NCBI RefSeq assembly: GCF_964204645.1
Contig: NC_134032.1
Coordinates: forward strand, 9,784,275 to 9,848,274
DNA: 64,000 bases
Reading direction: 5' to 3'
Origin: Tubulanus polymorphus
Lineage: Eukaryota; Animalia; Nemertea
Shown: positions 44,483-59,249 of the stretch, piece by piece
Position numbering within the stretch: the stretch's first letter is position 1
Layout of the letters: each line of letters opens with the position of its first letter
Program-made: the position numbers and the translations under genes
The notes under the pieces: generated by a model
The model's input: only the letters and a program-made list of their open reading frames with translations
Database searches by the model: none
What the model was told of the DNA's origin: nothing

Positions 44483-47069
44483 AATCAATGAATTCGACCC
44501 GTAAAATACTTAATTCATCCATAAATAGTTGCCACATTTTATCAAATTGTAAAGAAAGAACCACTTTTTCAAAACAGGGTTTAGACCTAGTTGTCTAAAT
44601 GACAAATTTTAGATTTACATATTTATCATTATTTATTCATTCCGTCCTAGTTTATGATGATGTCATAGTGGGATTAAGGGATTTCTTTAGAGGTGTATAA
44701 TTTTATAAAGTCATAAACAATTAATTATTTTTGAAGCCAGTCACCTTTCTGGAAGTTTCTAGGGATAATTTCATGATGTCATAGAGGGATTTATGGAGGC
44801 AGCCATCTTTTCTGTTGATTCTTATGTCATTTAGGGGTGTATCATTTAAATTCCATGTGAAGTTGGTAAATTTTCTGTAATCGTGTAACTCAGTTTTTTT
44901 TGGGGGGGGGGGAAAATTATCAATTTGTTTTAAATCGATATTTTAGCGTCGGATATAGCTCTGTCTTCTAATCCATTTGTGAAAATAATTTGCCAAATAT
45001 TTTAATCAACGATAAGTATTATATTTCGATAAAATATCATGGAGCAATTTCGTGAAAACTTTTCTACATTTTGTAAAAGTAAACAAAAATTAAACTCACT
45101 TTTTTTCTGTATACATGTAGAAATAAATTAATATATTTTCTATAGAAGTTGTTCAAACTCTTTTTTTATTTGTGAACCATCATCTCTTTGTCCGAGAAGG
45201 TTGCGGAGTACAGACTGAAGGGTCCAGGCTATACCTAGACTCTGTCCTGAATCTATGTTTGGAGTTTAGGCTAATCATTGGAAATAATCTGAATTTTTAC
45301 ACGAGCGAAAACATGGGGTGTAATCGAACAAAATAGTTTTCCAATTACCCAATCCTGCATGAACTGCAGTGGCGGATCCAAACCGTGGTGCTGGTAGTAG
45401 CCTACATGAACATTCTATGTGATCAAGATAAATTAGCAGCCTTTTTTTAATTATGAAACTGCCTGTCAAAAAAAGGAGAAAACCGGGTAAATAGACAAAA
45501 CTCTCATTTCTAAAAATCTATATTTCTGAAAGTGCCTAATTCTGTTGGTACAATGGTTGGAGGTCACCCCTGAACTGGGGATGGATTTGGGATGCAGCTT
45601 GTCTAGCCTGAGGGTGTGGTTCCAGGCAGATTGACATGGAACTGGATAAATGGCCCTATATGCAGCGTAATCATTGATCTTTCCCCTCAAAAACACCCAC
45701 TGCTCGGTGGTTCAACCACGGCTTAAGGTTCAGGAAGACATTCAAAAATCCCTCCTTTGTCGAGTGACCGGAGTCCTCGGTGAAATCGAAACCTCACCAC
45801 AAGAAAATAATAAATACCAAACCCGCCTGTTTTAATCTGAGCATTGTTTATTATTTTATTCATTTATTATTATTATTCATGTTCGTAGTTTACAAATCTC
45901 GCACAAGAAAGTTCAAGGTCATCGTACAATAATAATAGTGTCGCGAAATACACGGGCACACTCTTAAAATAAACCTAATTCCCACTTCCTGTGAACACTC
46001 GCTCACACTCACTCGCCGAGACACTCACACTGAGCTCAGAATGCACATTACTTATAAATAACATACACTTTATATATATATTTATATATTCTCATTATGA
46101 TATTGTGAACATCAATAAATTACACAGGGTTCTACGGGTTTTTCCAATTTCATTTCCATACCTTTTCCGTAGCCAGATTAAAAGATTTTCCATAAGTTAC
46201 ACATCACCCACCTGGAACATGTGCTTTCTAAGTAAATAAGTGCCGATTATTTATACCATCGACAAAGCGTTTTCATAAAGTTTGAAAAAACTTCGAAATA
46301 GAAGGAAAATTTTGTTTTGAGACCATTTCATGATTTAACACCTTTTCCATAGCCATGGAGAAAAAATCTTTCTAAGCTTTTAAATTGGGCCTCGTAAATT
46401 TTTCCCGTTTCCCAAAACATTGCAAAACCCGTAAGAACCCTGATGACAGTAAAACCAGCTTCAACATGCAGGTATCAAACTTAAGGGGCAAGTTGGCCAA
46501 AAGTTGATTAAAGTCAACCAGCGGATAAACGCCATAGTGACACTTGAAAAACAAACCACATTGTCTGTTCACCAGTTAACTCTAACAAACTTTTGGGTAA
46601 CTTGCGTCAGGCCTGGCAATCGCCCCATTAAGACATTCGGCAACCCCTCAAAAATTGGATAAATTGTAACAATAATCTAACGAATGAGGGATGAAGGGCC
46701 CAGCCTGAGGGGGGTCAAGGCCCCGCAGGTTTTAACTGCTGCAGCTTTGATACCGGCCAGTATTTACTGTATTAATTGACTCTTGTGTAGAACTTTAATG
46801 AATTTGTAGTGACTCGTATGAAATATAGGTGGCAGTACTATTTCTCGTGTGACAATCGTGGGTTCGACCGTAAAGCACGAGTCGAGGGTTAAGAATTTCG
46901 AAATTTCCTTATACAAATAGAGAATTCCACGCATCGCTTTTCAAACCACTACGTTAAGTATGACACTTGAAAATAATAGAATACAACAATCCCATTTCAA
47001 CAGACAAAATTATATAATCCTGAGAGGCATCCAGTTCCCAATTCTTATTCAGATTTGACTTAATCATAT

Positions 47070-47560
47070 AAACTCTACAGTCGAAATTAGTTCATTTTCA
47101 ATTCAATAATTCAACCAAAAGTCAAAATCAGTTCTTCGATTGCTTGAACCCGAGCAGTCAAAAAAGTTTGTTTTCAATTTTATTCAACTCAACTGTTAAA
47201 ATTAGTTCTTCAAATTGCTTGAACACTCTACAGTCAAAATTGGTTCTCCAAACGCCCAAACTCTACAGTCTAGTTCTCCAAATGCTCAGACTCTACAGTC
47301 AAAATCATTCTCCACTCTACAGTCAAAATCATTCTCCAAACTCTACAGTCAAAATCATTCTCTAAACTCTACAATCTGTTCTTCAAATTACTTGAACTCT
47401 AGTCAAATCAGTTCTCCAAATGCTCAAACTCTACAGTCAAAATTAGTTCTTCAAGTGCCTGGACTTTACAGTCATAATTAGGTCTGCAAATGCTTGAACT
47501 CCACAGTCGAAAAAAGTTCATTTTCAACTTACTTCTACTCGACAATCGAAATTGAACTGC
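47070..47560 (+). repeat. ~30-35-bp degenerate minisatellite
   Basis: Repeated CTCTACAGTCAAAATYAGTTCTCCAAATGCT. Confidence 0.8.
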
Positions 47561-49814
47561 GGAACTGGGACCTCCGACGGTTGTCTCATCCAACGAACTT
47601 CGGGGCAACACAGGAAAATCAGGGGGGGATACAAACACCAAACCGAGGTTTAGGGGGGTAAAACTCAACAAAAAAAAGAAAACAGCCCACAATTTATGCA
47701 CAAACAAACATCGAACATTCATTAAATTTACAAATCAACAATAATTCTGTACATAGAGCATAGTTTAAAGAAGGGCAATGTCGATGGCATCACCTCCTGT
47801 TCGACCAGAACAGTGTTGATCATGCGCTGAAATTTCTAATTCCGATTATAAAATCTAACAAACATTTCCGAATCTTCAACTCGGTATACGGTCCTGATTT
47901 CTAGCGAACTCCATTTTTTTCATCAATTTTGACAGCGCGTCAAAGGGGGGTACACAAAGTGAAAACTAGACTTGGTTCTGCAGTTTCGGTTAAAATCTAA
48001 CCATATTAGGAATCCCAAATTTTCAAGCAAAGATTTCGGACTAATCTACAAAACTGCAGAACTGGATACTCAGGAATTTCCTACTCTTCCGCCCCCCCCA
48101 CAAAACTTTCCGTACGAAGTTGCATCATTGAAGTACGTATGTACATTATATATCACTACTTAAACACGGAAGACAGTCGCCGTGGCAACGACGGCAACAA
48201 TGGGGTTGGATTGTTCAACTCAAATATTTCGAAATAAATTCCCGATGATATATATATCGTCCTTAGTTTTCTGCCCTGTAAATAAATTTCAAAACCGACA
48301 AATCATTTCCAAATATACAAAAACCTATCACATTCAAAATACACAGGAAATAATTACTATCAATATTAATATTATTATTATTGTTATTAGTATTTACCAA
48401 ACATACCATATTTCATTTTTTTATATATATATATATATATCTATAATTTTCTTGTATATATTTTACAAATGGATACTATTTTCTGATTTAAGGGTTACAC
48501 GCATGTGCTAGTGCACTCAGTAAACCTTACCTCACTCAGGCTGACTTTGAACTCGCACCTTCGCGCTATAATTGTTCCGAGTGATATACGCCTTCAAATA
48601 CCGGCCGTGGTATGAAAACCAGTAACAGAAAGGTTGCGGCCTAAATGCCGTCATATTCATGGGACCGGTTGCTTCGAGATTGTTAGAGATCACCGTACGA
48701 GGCATTAAATTGAAAAGCTCTTTTAGATAAACCATGTCACAAAAGCCAGGAGCAGAAATATCGTTTTCTATAACCATGGCACAGGAGCAAGTTAGTGAAA
48801 GGTTAAACCATGGTAACAGGGCCAGTTGCTATAAAGTATGGTACAGGAACTAGTAAGCAACTTAATGTTTGTATGGTTGTACCGTGTGTACCAGGTCCGT
48901 CGTAACAGGGCCAGTTGCTGAAAAGTTGTCTTGCATGACCATGGTACAGGAGCTAGTAAGTTAATGGTTCTACCATGTATACCATGGTTTCAGGGCCAGT
49001 TGCTGAAAGTTAGTTTTTTATTACAATGGTACTAAAGCTAGTTAGCTGGCAACCAAAACTTCAAAGATTCAAGAAATTTCTCGATGACTTCTACATCAGC
49101 TTAGGCGAAAAATATCACGACTTTCAATGCCGAAGGCGCAAATAATCATCTCTTGATCACGAGATGTTTTCCAATTCAAATTCACTCCCGAGTTCAAGGT
49201 CGGTTTACCGTAAATTTCCGTTTTCCCCACACACTACTAATACAAACAAAATATCAACAAATATCGTATTATCATTTCATTTACACAATATCATACATCG
49301 AATTATTTCATCTAAACGCATCATCTATTTACAGTTGTTTTTTAGTGCGCACACACTTTTCGTGAATCATTATAACCATTTACTTTATAATTGGGACATT
49401 TTTTGGCAGATGATGAAAAAGTGCAAAAAAATTCACGGTGTTTTTTTTTTGCGAAGAAAAGGTTAACCACGACAACATCAATAATTGCTTAAAGCACTCA
49501 ATAGATCCCTTTACCCCGGAATCATTGCGAAATATTTGGATATTCACGTAATGAATTTGTCTGCTACACACGAAAACTTCTATGCGTCTTTTGTCAGAAC
49601 AGTCATGGATCCTAGAATAAATCCTAGAAAAATTCGAGTAAATCCTAGAATAAATTGTCTAACTTAAACATCATTAACGTATCATGGATCTACGCGTGAA
49701 AAATTCATTCTCATCAACAGTGCATGCTGGGAAATCCCTGACCAGGAAAAATATCATCATGGTTTGTACAATAAACGCCGGACTAAGTGCATATATCGGT
49801 ACATAAAAACATGT

Positions 49815-50345
49815 AGCATGCACATGTGACATGTTATCATCACATGTGACATGTTCTATCGAATGTAACTATCACATGTGACATGTAACTATTATGTCAC
49901 ATGTTGTATAACTATCACGTGTGACATGTTACTACCACATACGAAATGTAACTATGATGTCACATGTTGTATTACTATCACATGTCACATGTTACTATCA
50001 CATGTCACATGTAACTACCGCATGTGACACGTAAATGTTAAATGTCACGTATGTGAAATGTTACTATGACATGTGACATGTTATCACATATGATATTTGA
50101 CTTACACATGCAGCATATGTCAACATGTATCAAAATAGGGTACTCGCACATTAATACCAGTTCCTATTACATGGATACATGTTACATGCACATGTAATGC
50201 ATGTAACAAAGGAGACACGTATTGTATCATAACATTTTGTGAGAATGTAGAAGAACGTCTCTCAAAAAAATTTCCTTCGCTACATGAAGCATGTTAGACA
50301 TGTAACGCGAACATGTCACATGGGCTGCTACTTGTCATACATGTA
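49815..50345. repeat. CATGTGACATGTTACTAT-type palindromic minisatellite
   Basis: Dense ACATGT/CACATGTG palindromes in both orientations. Confidence 0.85.
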
Positions 50346-50951
50346 TCTCATACAACATCGATCAGGTATCATCGCAATAATAGCAGCACATTTACACATA
50401 CATATACAATAATAGTTTATACTTAGAAATATAGATGGCATATTAAATTCTTTTTTTTTTTCATTTTTCATTCGCTACGAAATTAAATTTGATTTCATTT
50501 TTCGGTTGTTACAAAAAACATTCGGTCGAAGCAGTCGCATTTAGTATTCAAGCTGGCGAAGACGAGGGGAGAGGGAGGATAGACTTTTCATTCGAGGGTC
50601 TTGAATCGAGAAATAAGGGGAGAGGGACTGAAAGCGCTTCAAGCGAAACTAATACGAGTCGACTTTTTCAAAAAAATCATCATTGCTATAAAGTCAGAAA
50701 TTAAGATGGCTGCGTCCGAAACCCCCTATGTCATCAACGTCGATCGAGAAACCGAAACATTGCTTTTTTTTCTGAATGAATTTCGAGCACATTTTTTTTT
50801 CTATAGAATATCTCTCCGGCATTGCTATTTCTTTCTTGAATTCTAGAACATTGAAACATCTTTGTGCGAATCTCGAATACGAAGGGCGTGTGTTATCGTG
50901 TGTACTAACGATGAAGTCATGCAGTAGGATAGGACGAGGAGAGGCCGGGGT

Positions 50952-53900
50952 TCACTGTATGCAGCACGGTTTCTGTCCGTTTTTCAGCTTCAGACGCGAT
51001 TTCGGACGGTAACGTTCGAGAAATGAAAGCTGTTTGGCGTTGATCGCGCCGCGACGTTTCCTACAACGAGACAACGATTCGTATCATTTGAGAAAACATT
51101 CTTAACTTATGACATCCAGGGATGAAAACGGCCCATATTGAAAAAGTCTGAAAATATTTTCAAAAAAAAAGAATTTTTTTGGGGAACAAAAATCAGTAAC
51201 TTTTAGCCAAAAAACTTACTTCCTTTTGGTCAAAATGTTAATAGTTTGGGCCTGAATTAGAGCCGCTTTTTGAATGAGACGCCATATTGGTTTCTCCGAC
51301 TCCACAGTTGTGCTAACAACTGCCGAAAACCGTCTTAAGGAGCACTCCTAACTACGGAGCACTCCGATGTGACGCCCGCGATTGCGGTGATTGAAGCGAT
51401 TGAGGTGATTTACACTGTTCTCAGGAATATATAGAAAATGTTAGAAAAGGTCGGAAATGCGTCTATGGTCAGAAGATTTTCATCCCAGAACATCATACGG
51501 GGTATTAATATGATCGCGTAACAACAAAGGGAACTCAATATTCAGCCTGGATTGCCGAAGTGTTGACAATCACTTTTTGAAAGTGTGCTGAAAATGTCGA
51601 ATTTCCGACTCGATTGCAGTTCATTTTCAATGAGAAATGCCTCTGGCGAAGCCCTGGACACATGTGAAGCGCGCATGAAAGTTATTTAAAGTTTTCCGAT
51701 AAATGCCTAACATCTGGTTTTTTTTCAGTTCATTTTCAATTACAAACATCTCTGCTGAGGTTCTGAATGCATGTTAACGTTCAAAAATTAGCAGAACGTT
51801 TAGTATCGTAAGGGGGTGCAGGTCCAGACAGCAGATTGATAACACCTATTTGATACTCACTGTCTAATAAGGGCCACGGCGTCTTCATATTTCATCCCTG
51901 ATTCGATTAACGCGATAGCCACAAGTACAGGAGCCCTGCGAGAACAAAAACGTAATCATTTCAAATACATAAGCATACGATGTATGGCTAGCATACCTTG
52001 GACGAGCAACTGATCATTCCCAGTTGCTTGTAAGGCACATTGAAAATCCTATGAAAACCAATTTCAATTCTTAAGGGCATCCAAAGTCACGTGTCAAATA
52101 GGTCAAATTTGTCAAAGTTTTAGCCAGTTGCGGCAAGTGTTGTTGATTATGGAGCACGTACATCGGCAGATATCACTGTAAACTGAGAACAACCAGTTGC
52201 TCAAAAATGGAATATGGGCAACTGGCTGGAACTGGAGAAAGATCATTGCTGACCAGTCATAAGCCTAGCGTACATTGACACATTCAACAAACTGATTGTA
52301 TCTAGCCAGTTCCTATCTGACTCCAAAAACTGCCTTGCAACTAGTTGTCTTCGGTTACTCTGTCAATGTACGCAAGGCTTAAAACAGAGCAAAGCTAAGC
52401 TCTAAGACTATACATTAACGATTAAACTACCTTCCGAGACCGGCGACGCAGTGAACAGCCACACAACATCCGGGATCCTCGTTGAAACGAGTTTTCAACA
52501 AATGAAACCAATTCTCGACGATCTCGTTCGGAGGCGGCGTACCGTCATCGAATGGGTAATCCTAAAAAAAAGGAACGAATATCTAGTTTGCATGAAGGAC
52601 TAGACACAAGTGCAGGAACCCTTCGAAAACACAAAAACCTAATCATTTCAAATAAAAAACCATACGATGTACATAGACTTTTATTTAATTTGCTTCTTCC
52701 CCCTGACCTCACCAGCAAAGAATTCAATCAATTAATGGTCATATAACACATAGACGGAAACCATTTTACGCGCGATCCAGCACAATCTCAATGAGAAAAG
52801 AAAACTCCCCGATTTCTAGGTTAGTGGCTACCCTGTAGAATTGCTCTACTCATCGAAAACAAAAAGCAACCAAGGGATCATTCATTTATTACGTATGCAT
52901 CAAATTTGAATTTTTCAACCCGCTCTCCCCCTATACACATAAACGGCCATATTTTCATATACATTAACCCTTTCAGTGCGTCTACACCGCAGTACGGTGT
53001 ATAAATCAGTGATGGATTTTGCTAGTACACCGCACAGCGATGTATTGATGTAATTAGTAATTAGTTTTTATCTCTATTGAAAGATGGCAGCACCTGTCAA
53101 ACATAGTGAAATATTAGTAACTAACGATACACCGCAGTATAGTGGTATTCCCGTTATTCAACACACTAGGGTGGAATTTTTCAAAATTTTCAAATTATCT
53201 CCAGCACTATAGGGTATTAATTAGTCAGCACTGAAAGGGTTAAGCATTACAGTAATGTAATAAATGAATGACCCCCAACAGCGACTAAACCAGAAATTTG
53301 ATTTTAACTTTTTCATGAAACTGAATCCACGTTAAGGAATCATCCCTTACAGGGGTCGAACTCTTCGATACTTACGACGACGTTAATACCGTGCGTCTGT
53401 AGTTTATCCGTACTGTACGTCGGTTCACAAACTCTCACTACGTCTTTAGCGCCGTGGCGACGCAACTCCTAGAAAATAACAGACATTTGTTAGCCAAAAC
53501 CTTTACCGACCTTACCTAGGCAAAACTCGTCCAATCCAGGGTTCTCACTGAACCCAAGACTCCCCAATTGTAATTGAAGATATCTTCATTTGGGGACGGG
53601 TATGTTCCTTGACTTATGCACTAATCACCAGCAAGAACAAGGCTCTAAAAATTTGAATTCCACAATTTTCCAGAAAATAGTCAGAATTCCTTCATTTCCA
53701 GGAAGAAAGTCAGAATTCCCTGATTTTCTCGAAAAGAGTCGGGGCCCAGTTTCACAAAAAGGTTTAACTAACACCCTCAACCCGCTGAGCACCACGCAGG
53801 GCAGGGCATTATAAGCGGATTCGATGTTTCTTTTTCCCAATGGGGAGAGACCAGAGGAGAATATTCGACCAAGAAACTCTGTCGCCACCAGGGTCCTCCT

Positions 53901-54224
53901 AACTGTTAAATCGATTCAATTTCTTCATTAATGAAGTTTATCTTAAATCGATTTAGGCCGTAATCCTTTTCGTGAAACCGGGCCCAGCTGCAGAATTCGC
54001 TGATTTTAACGGGAAAAGAGTCGGAATTCTCCGATTATTCCCGCGCGCAGAAAACGAACAGCTCCGGAATTCCCCGATTTCCCTGGTCAATCCGATAAAC
54101 ATCCGAAAATTACCTCGATATATTTATCCATGTTGGCGTCGCTCGGACGATCGGTGATCAAAAATCGCATGTTCTTGAATTCGATTTCGCTCGGTTCGGG
54201 TTTTCGAGCCTTCATGTTGGACAT
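50952..54224 (-). CDS. PTP4A1: Protein tyrosine phosphatase type IVA (PRL), 172 aa, 5 coding exons
   Basis: Exons 54224-54114, 53468-53376, 52561-52431, 51935-51861, 51060-50952. [24 protein letters not shown], active site [22 protein letters not shown], CaaX CCIQ*. Confidence 0.96.
52874..53275. mobile_element. MITE with nested piggyBac-like P1 copy (52968-53239)
   Basis: Host MITE TIR GGGRTCATTCATTTATTAC, interrupted at a duplicated TTAA. Confidence 0.85.
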
Positions 54225-55015
54225 TTTACGCGCGGAACAAAACGAAAATGGCAATATTTAAGAATGATATTTAACAATGTTTTTTTTGCCCGGATTTTCG
54301 GTAATTGTTTTTGTCTCTATAATTTTTGGCACGTCGTGTTTTTTTTCTACGTAAAATAATGTTATCACAGGTGTCGATGACGATAGTTCGAATAATAGTC
54401 AAGGGGGGGCTGCTGTTGTTGTCGAGACTAATTCTCGGGCATTAAATGCTATCATAGGGCGTTTGTAAACTACGCACACTGAAGACACACGGACGAACGG
54501 GGGCGTTAGTAAATTCTACGCACAAGAATTCACGAACACAAACGGATTTAAGCGTCGAGAATTCTTCTCTAAAAATATCGAATACTGCGATCGCGCGGTT
54601 TTTTTCGTGTGTCGATTTCACAATTTCGAATTATTACACGTCGATCTATCGTAATACTGTACAATCGCGCTGACCAACCAAGCGATAATATAATAATATG
54701 ATATATATATATATATATATATACAAATATTTATATTCATATATAATAATAATAATCAAATCATTAATGCGCGAGCGAGAGGATGGCGACGCAAAGTTCT
54801 TTTTTTTTATAGATTTTTTTCCTTCAAAAATCCCCAGACAGCGACGATATTTCAACCCATTCAGAGAGAGCGAGAGGGGGTAAGAGGTATATTTTTTCGA
54901 TCACAGATATGCCGTTTAGAAAAAACGCGAAGAACAGAAAATCGTCGTCGGTCTTTTTTTTTTGTTTCTCGTCGGAATACACGCTCAATCTATGTGTGTA
55001 CGACCGTGTTAAAGT

Positions 55016-56573
55016 TTAGTTCGCGTCGCAGCTGCTGAAGAGGTGGCGAAGGTCGACGCGGTCGGCTGCGTGTTGAGATTGGCAGAATTCACCACTGTTT
55101 AAGATCTGCTCCATAAATGTTACACCGGATTTGCTGCTAAATACCTAAAATATGGACAAGAAAAAAAAAATTACAGCTTTTACTGACGATTGAAAAGAAA
55201 ACCGGAGTTCGAACAAGGTTCCTTTAGAGGGGTGGATTTAGGGGGGGTGGGGTGGTCTCGGGTATGCGCTTATTTCCATTGAGGTGGTCGTTTTCGTCAA
55301 AACAAAGATCATTAAAACATCCCGCTTTGACACTCATACTTTAGGAAATTGCATAATTTGAAGATGTATTTTCTCGAAAGTATCCATAACCGAAGCTGGG
55401 CTCGCTAGTAATAGCCTATTACATGGCTGCTTCGTCTGAGAAATGCCTTTTCTTTTTTTCTGGACCCGGCTTCCAATTTAGCATGGGCAGATTTAGGAGA
55501 GTTGATTTCATGATTAATAGGCTGGTTAATTAATGATCTATCGACTATATCATAATAGTCATCTTCGGGAATACTGCAGATACTTATTGAGTAATCAAGA
55601 GGTCTTTATTTTCTGGTGTTCGAATTACGAACTAATCATCGTCGCAACATGGACAGTGTTTCATCAGAATGGTTTTATTTATTCAGAACATGTCACAACT
55701 TGTTAACGTGTGTCCTTGCATACTTCATGCACATATAAACACGTACATATTATGTAGTAGATACATACATTTATCCATATGTAAATCTGGTCTATTATTA
55801 TCATTATGAGTATGATTATCTTTATATCAATTTATCAAGTTTATGAATTCTTTTTTTCACAGGGCAATCCCCCTACCACGCATAGCCTCCTAAGGCTTGG
55901 GAATGTCCATCTTATCTATGTAGCTACCTATTTGTGTATATCTTAAGAACTATGTTTATAATGTATGTATAATAAGTAAATCAATCACTATCTATCTATT
56001 GACATGATCGCATGTTCACGTGAATAAAGCTGTATCAACATCCAATGCACATGTTAGGCTACCAGAAAAAAATATGCCTTAGAAGTATATACGGACAGCA
56101 ATTATTTACAGACACATGCGCATGTGTAACGATACTTGGACATGCTTTTACTGCAGGGCTCTTACGGGTTTTCCAATTTCATTTTTCCATTGCTTTTCCT
56201 TACCTAGATTATAAATTTTCCACACCCCTAAGTTAGACGTTGTCAACATAGGCCCATTCAAAAAAAATAAGTGCCAATTATCAATACCACCGACTATGTG
56301 TTTTCATAAAGTTTGTCATCAACCAATATTTGTAGTAAGACATTTAGGCCTAAAGCCAAAATTCAAAATAGATGGAAAATTTCATCAATTTCTGATTTTC
56401 CACAGCCATTGAGAGGAAAAAAACCAAATTTCCATAGCTTTTCCAGGGCCTGAAGAAAAATACATGTTCACACTGCACATGCACATGCCTTAAAAACATG
56501 GCCTATATACGTACATGTTGGTACCGATGATGAAATTGTTTTATTAAACGGTACTTACTGAAATGAACTCCAT
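55016..56573 (-). CDS. Conserved peptide uORF in the PTP4A/PRL 5' leader (47 aa spliced; 32 aa from the internal ATG at 55114)
   Basis: Micro-exon 56600-56559 (TTTTCAG|...|GTAAGT) spliced to the exon starting at 55144 gives MEFISVFSSKSGVTFMEQILNSGEFCQSQHAADRVDLRHLFSSCDAN*. This matches my recollection of the vertebrate PTP4A uORF motif G.TFME....SGD[YF]CQAQH. Confidence 0.8.
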
Positions 56574-59045
56574 ACAGGTATTGACGAAAAGACCAGGAAA
56601 CTGAAAAACAAGAATAGACACGATCGAATTATTACGATTAAAAAGTCATTCTCACAACGAACGACACCGCTATCCTGAACAGGTGTGGTCGGTCTCCTCG
56701 TCGACACCAATCCCACCCAGCGCTCGAAAATAGAAACACGTTCATAAAAATACTTCCTTCCTAGGATCGGTTTGCGTACTTAACTAATTGTACACCTGCC
56801 GCCCACTTCGTTTGAAATATCTCCCCGGCCTCCCGACTGGGGGCCAGTTTCGCTCAAGATTCCGGTAACCAGCTAAAACCAGTTGACAGACGACACCTTA
56901 CTACGGTATTCTTCCGGTCTTGAGTCTGGTGTTAGATTTAACCAGGGGAGGTTAACTCAATTCCTAATGAATTGAGTTAACACTAAAAGGGTTTCTAACA
57001 AGCAGTAAGGCTAAAAGCAAATATAAGTGAAATCTTGGAGTTATCATTTGTCGAACAGGAAAGAAATTCTAAAAATGGGCTTGCTGACATGCAGATTCAA
57101 CGCCGGTCGGTGTGCGCTGCTGAAAAAAAGCAACTGATTAAACAAAATCATAAAACAACGAAAAAGACAACCGACATAGCCAATATACGAAAGGAACCTA
57201 GATTTTATTTTACTGCATAAAATGTGTGTAAATATCAGATCCCAAGGAAGTTCGTAACGAAAGTTATCGACTCCCCAAGCAAGTAATCAATCCCTGTGAT
57301 AGCAAGAATAGGCTTGCAAGCCAGTGATAATTATTCTTCAAACCAGTCAAACCAAAACAACCTATGGATAGATAACTTATACTCATGCTACACTAGGACA
57401 TGTGAAAATTGCCCAGAAGCGACGCGCCCTTAGCTTTTGATAATCTGACCAGGAGCCAGTATCGCAAAATTACGACTGCTGTGGCAGAAACATTTTTCAG
57501 ACCGGCTTGTTAAGTCAAAAAGCAGCACTTTTCAGAACTTTTCGATGTTTTCGTAAAAAGCAAGCACAAGATCAGGGCCTTTAGAACTTATCTCACCGAA
57601 GTTATTCTCAGTAGTAGCATTCGGTAGACTCGCTATAACGAACCGTGACATAAAACTGGCCTCTGAAGTTTAACTTATCCAACCTTTGAGCACGCGAAAA
57701 AAACAAAGAACCTTAAGCAGGGCTGCCCACCTCTGAAAACTGCTAGCAGGGAATAAATGGAATTTTTTTCAGTAACGTTTCACTGAAATAAGAAAGAAAC
57801 CGTTGAAATTAATCAGTAATCAGCGGTAAGACCCTCAGTAACGTATTTCACATTTCTGTATACGCATCAAACAAATCGAATCAGTATTTCTCGCCAGGGT
57901 CCCTACATTCCAGAATTAAAGACGTTTTCAAGGAGAAAATTTCAAATTTCGAGGAGCCTACGCATCTGCACTTTCACCTCCCAATTACTGTCGACTCCTC
58001 CTGAATCGGTACCGTATATCTCAGTAAACCACTTAATCCAGTAGACTCCTTATGTATAATAACTAGGCCTAAAACCAAAAATATTTTCTAATTGCAAATT
58101 TCTCAAAAAGGACTTTTGGGCCATTTGCTCAAATTCAAGGATATTCGAGGACCTTGACAAACATTTTTGGGTGAGGAGTCTTCAAGGAATCAAGCAGTCG
58201 TAGGGACCCTGCTCGTAATGAAATAGTAACAAATACTAAAAATCGACAACAGTTAGCAGCTCCGCTTAAGGCAAGGTGGAAACTGTTCTCGGCGGTTGCG
58301 AGGTTGCCGCGCAGTTTCGGTCACGGATAGCGACGTCGCCGGGCAACGTTTGTTAAGACGCGGGGATGTTACCTGGCAGCTCGCCAACCGATCGACTCGC
58401 GATCAAAGACCGGACGGGCAAAACGAAAAAAAAAATCAATAATGGATCATCGTCTCCGTTCGAACTTATCGACCGATCGGGAGAAAGGAAGGCACCGTCG
58501 CGGCGATCGACTGACCGACCCGATGAAAAGAGTCCCGATAGACTGCTTAATATCGCCATTAATACCGAACAATAGGGAAGAATGTGAAATAGATTGATAT
58601 CTATATCGCTACCGTCATACCGGGAAGAGCAATCCCTCTCTCTCTCTCACTCTCTCTCTCTTCCCTTTCACTCCGATCACGCGGTACAATACGTGCGTCG
58701 AGCTACACGACGGAAAAATCAATCAAAACCCTCTTAGTTACTCTTAATACGTTCGACATTCGATCGAAAACATAATCAGCGTGTGTATCGCCGGTAAAAA
58801 CCTGGCGAATTTAACCCGTCCACTGCTGAAAACTATTTATCTATTTATTTATTTTCATTTATTTTATTTATTACAGTGACATGTACATTGTATATGAAAA
58901 CAAAACAGAATATCAAAATTTTGGTACCCAGTCCTAATTAAGACTTATAAGTCACTTTATACTAATTGACGACATAATCTTACGAATATACATATATATG
59001 CATATATAAGTGCCTGTATATACATATATAAACATACATATACAC

Positions 59046-59076
<31 letters not shown>

Positions 59077-59249
59077 CACATACCCACACACATGTATAAA
59101 GATATTTCCACAAAATGAATGGTTACAAAATTGAGTTCAAAAGTAAATTTCGTTTTGGGCCATGCAGCAAAGAGCAAGTTGGAGAGTAAAATTCGATGGC
59201 TACACATAATTTGTATTCGCACTATATGTTCAAATCGAATTCGAGTAGA

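Noticed and set aside
58353-58559. Minus-strand ORF MAILSSLSG... in a probable PTP4A first exon (donor at 58372)
   Set aside because: Not in frame with the conserved uORF under the splice paths I tried. Probably 5' UTR sequence.
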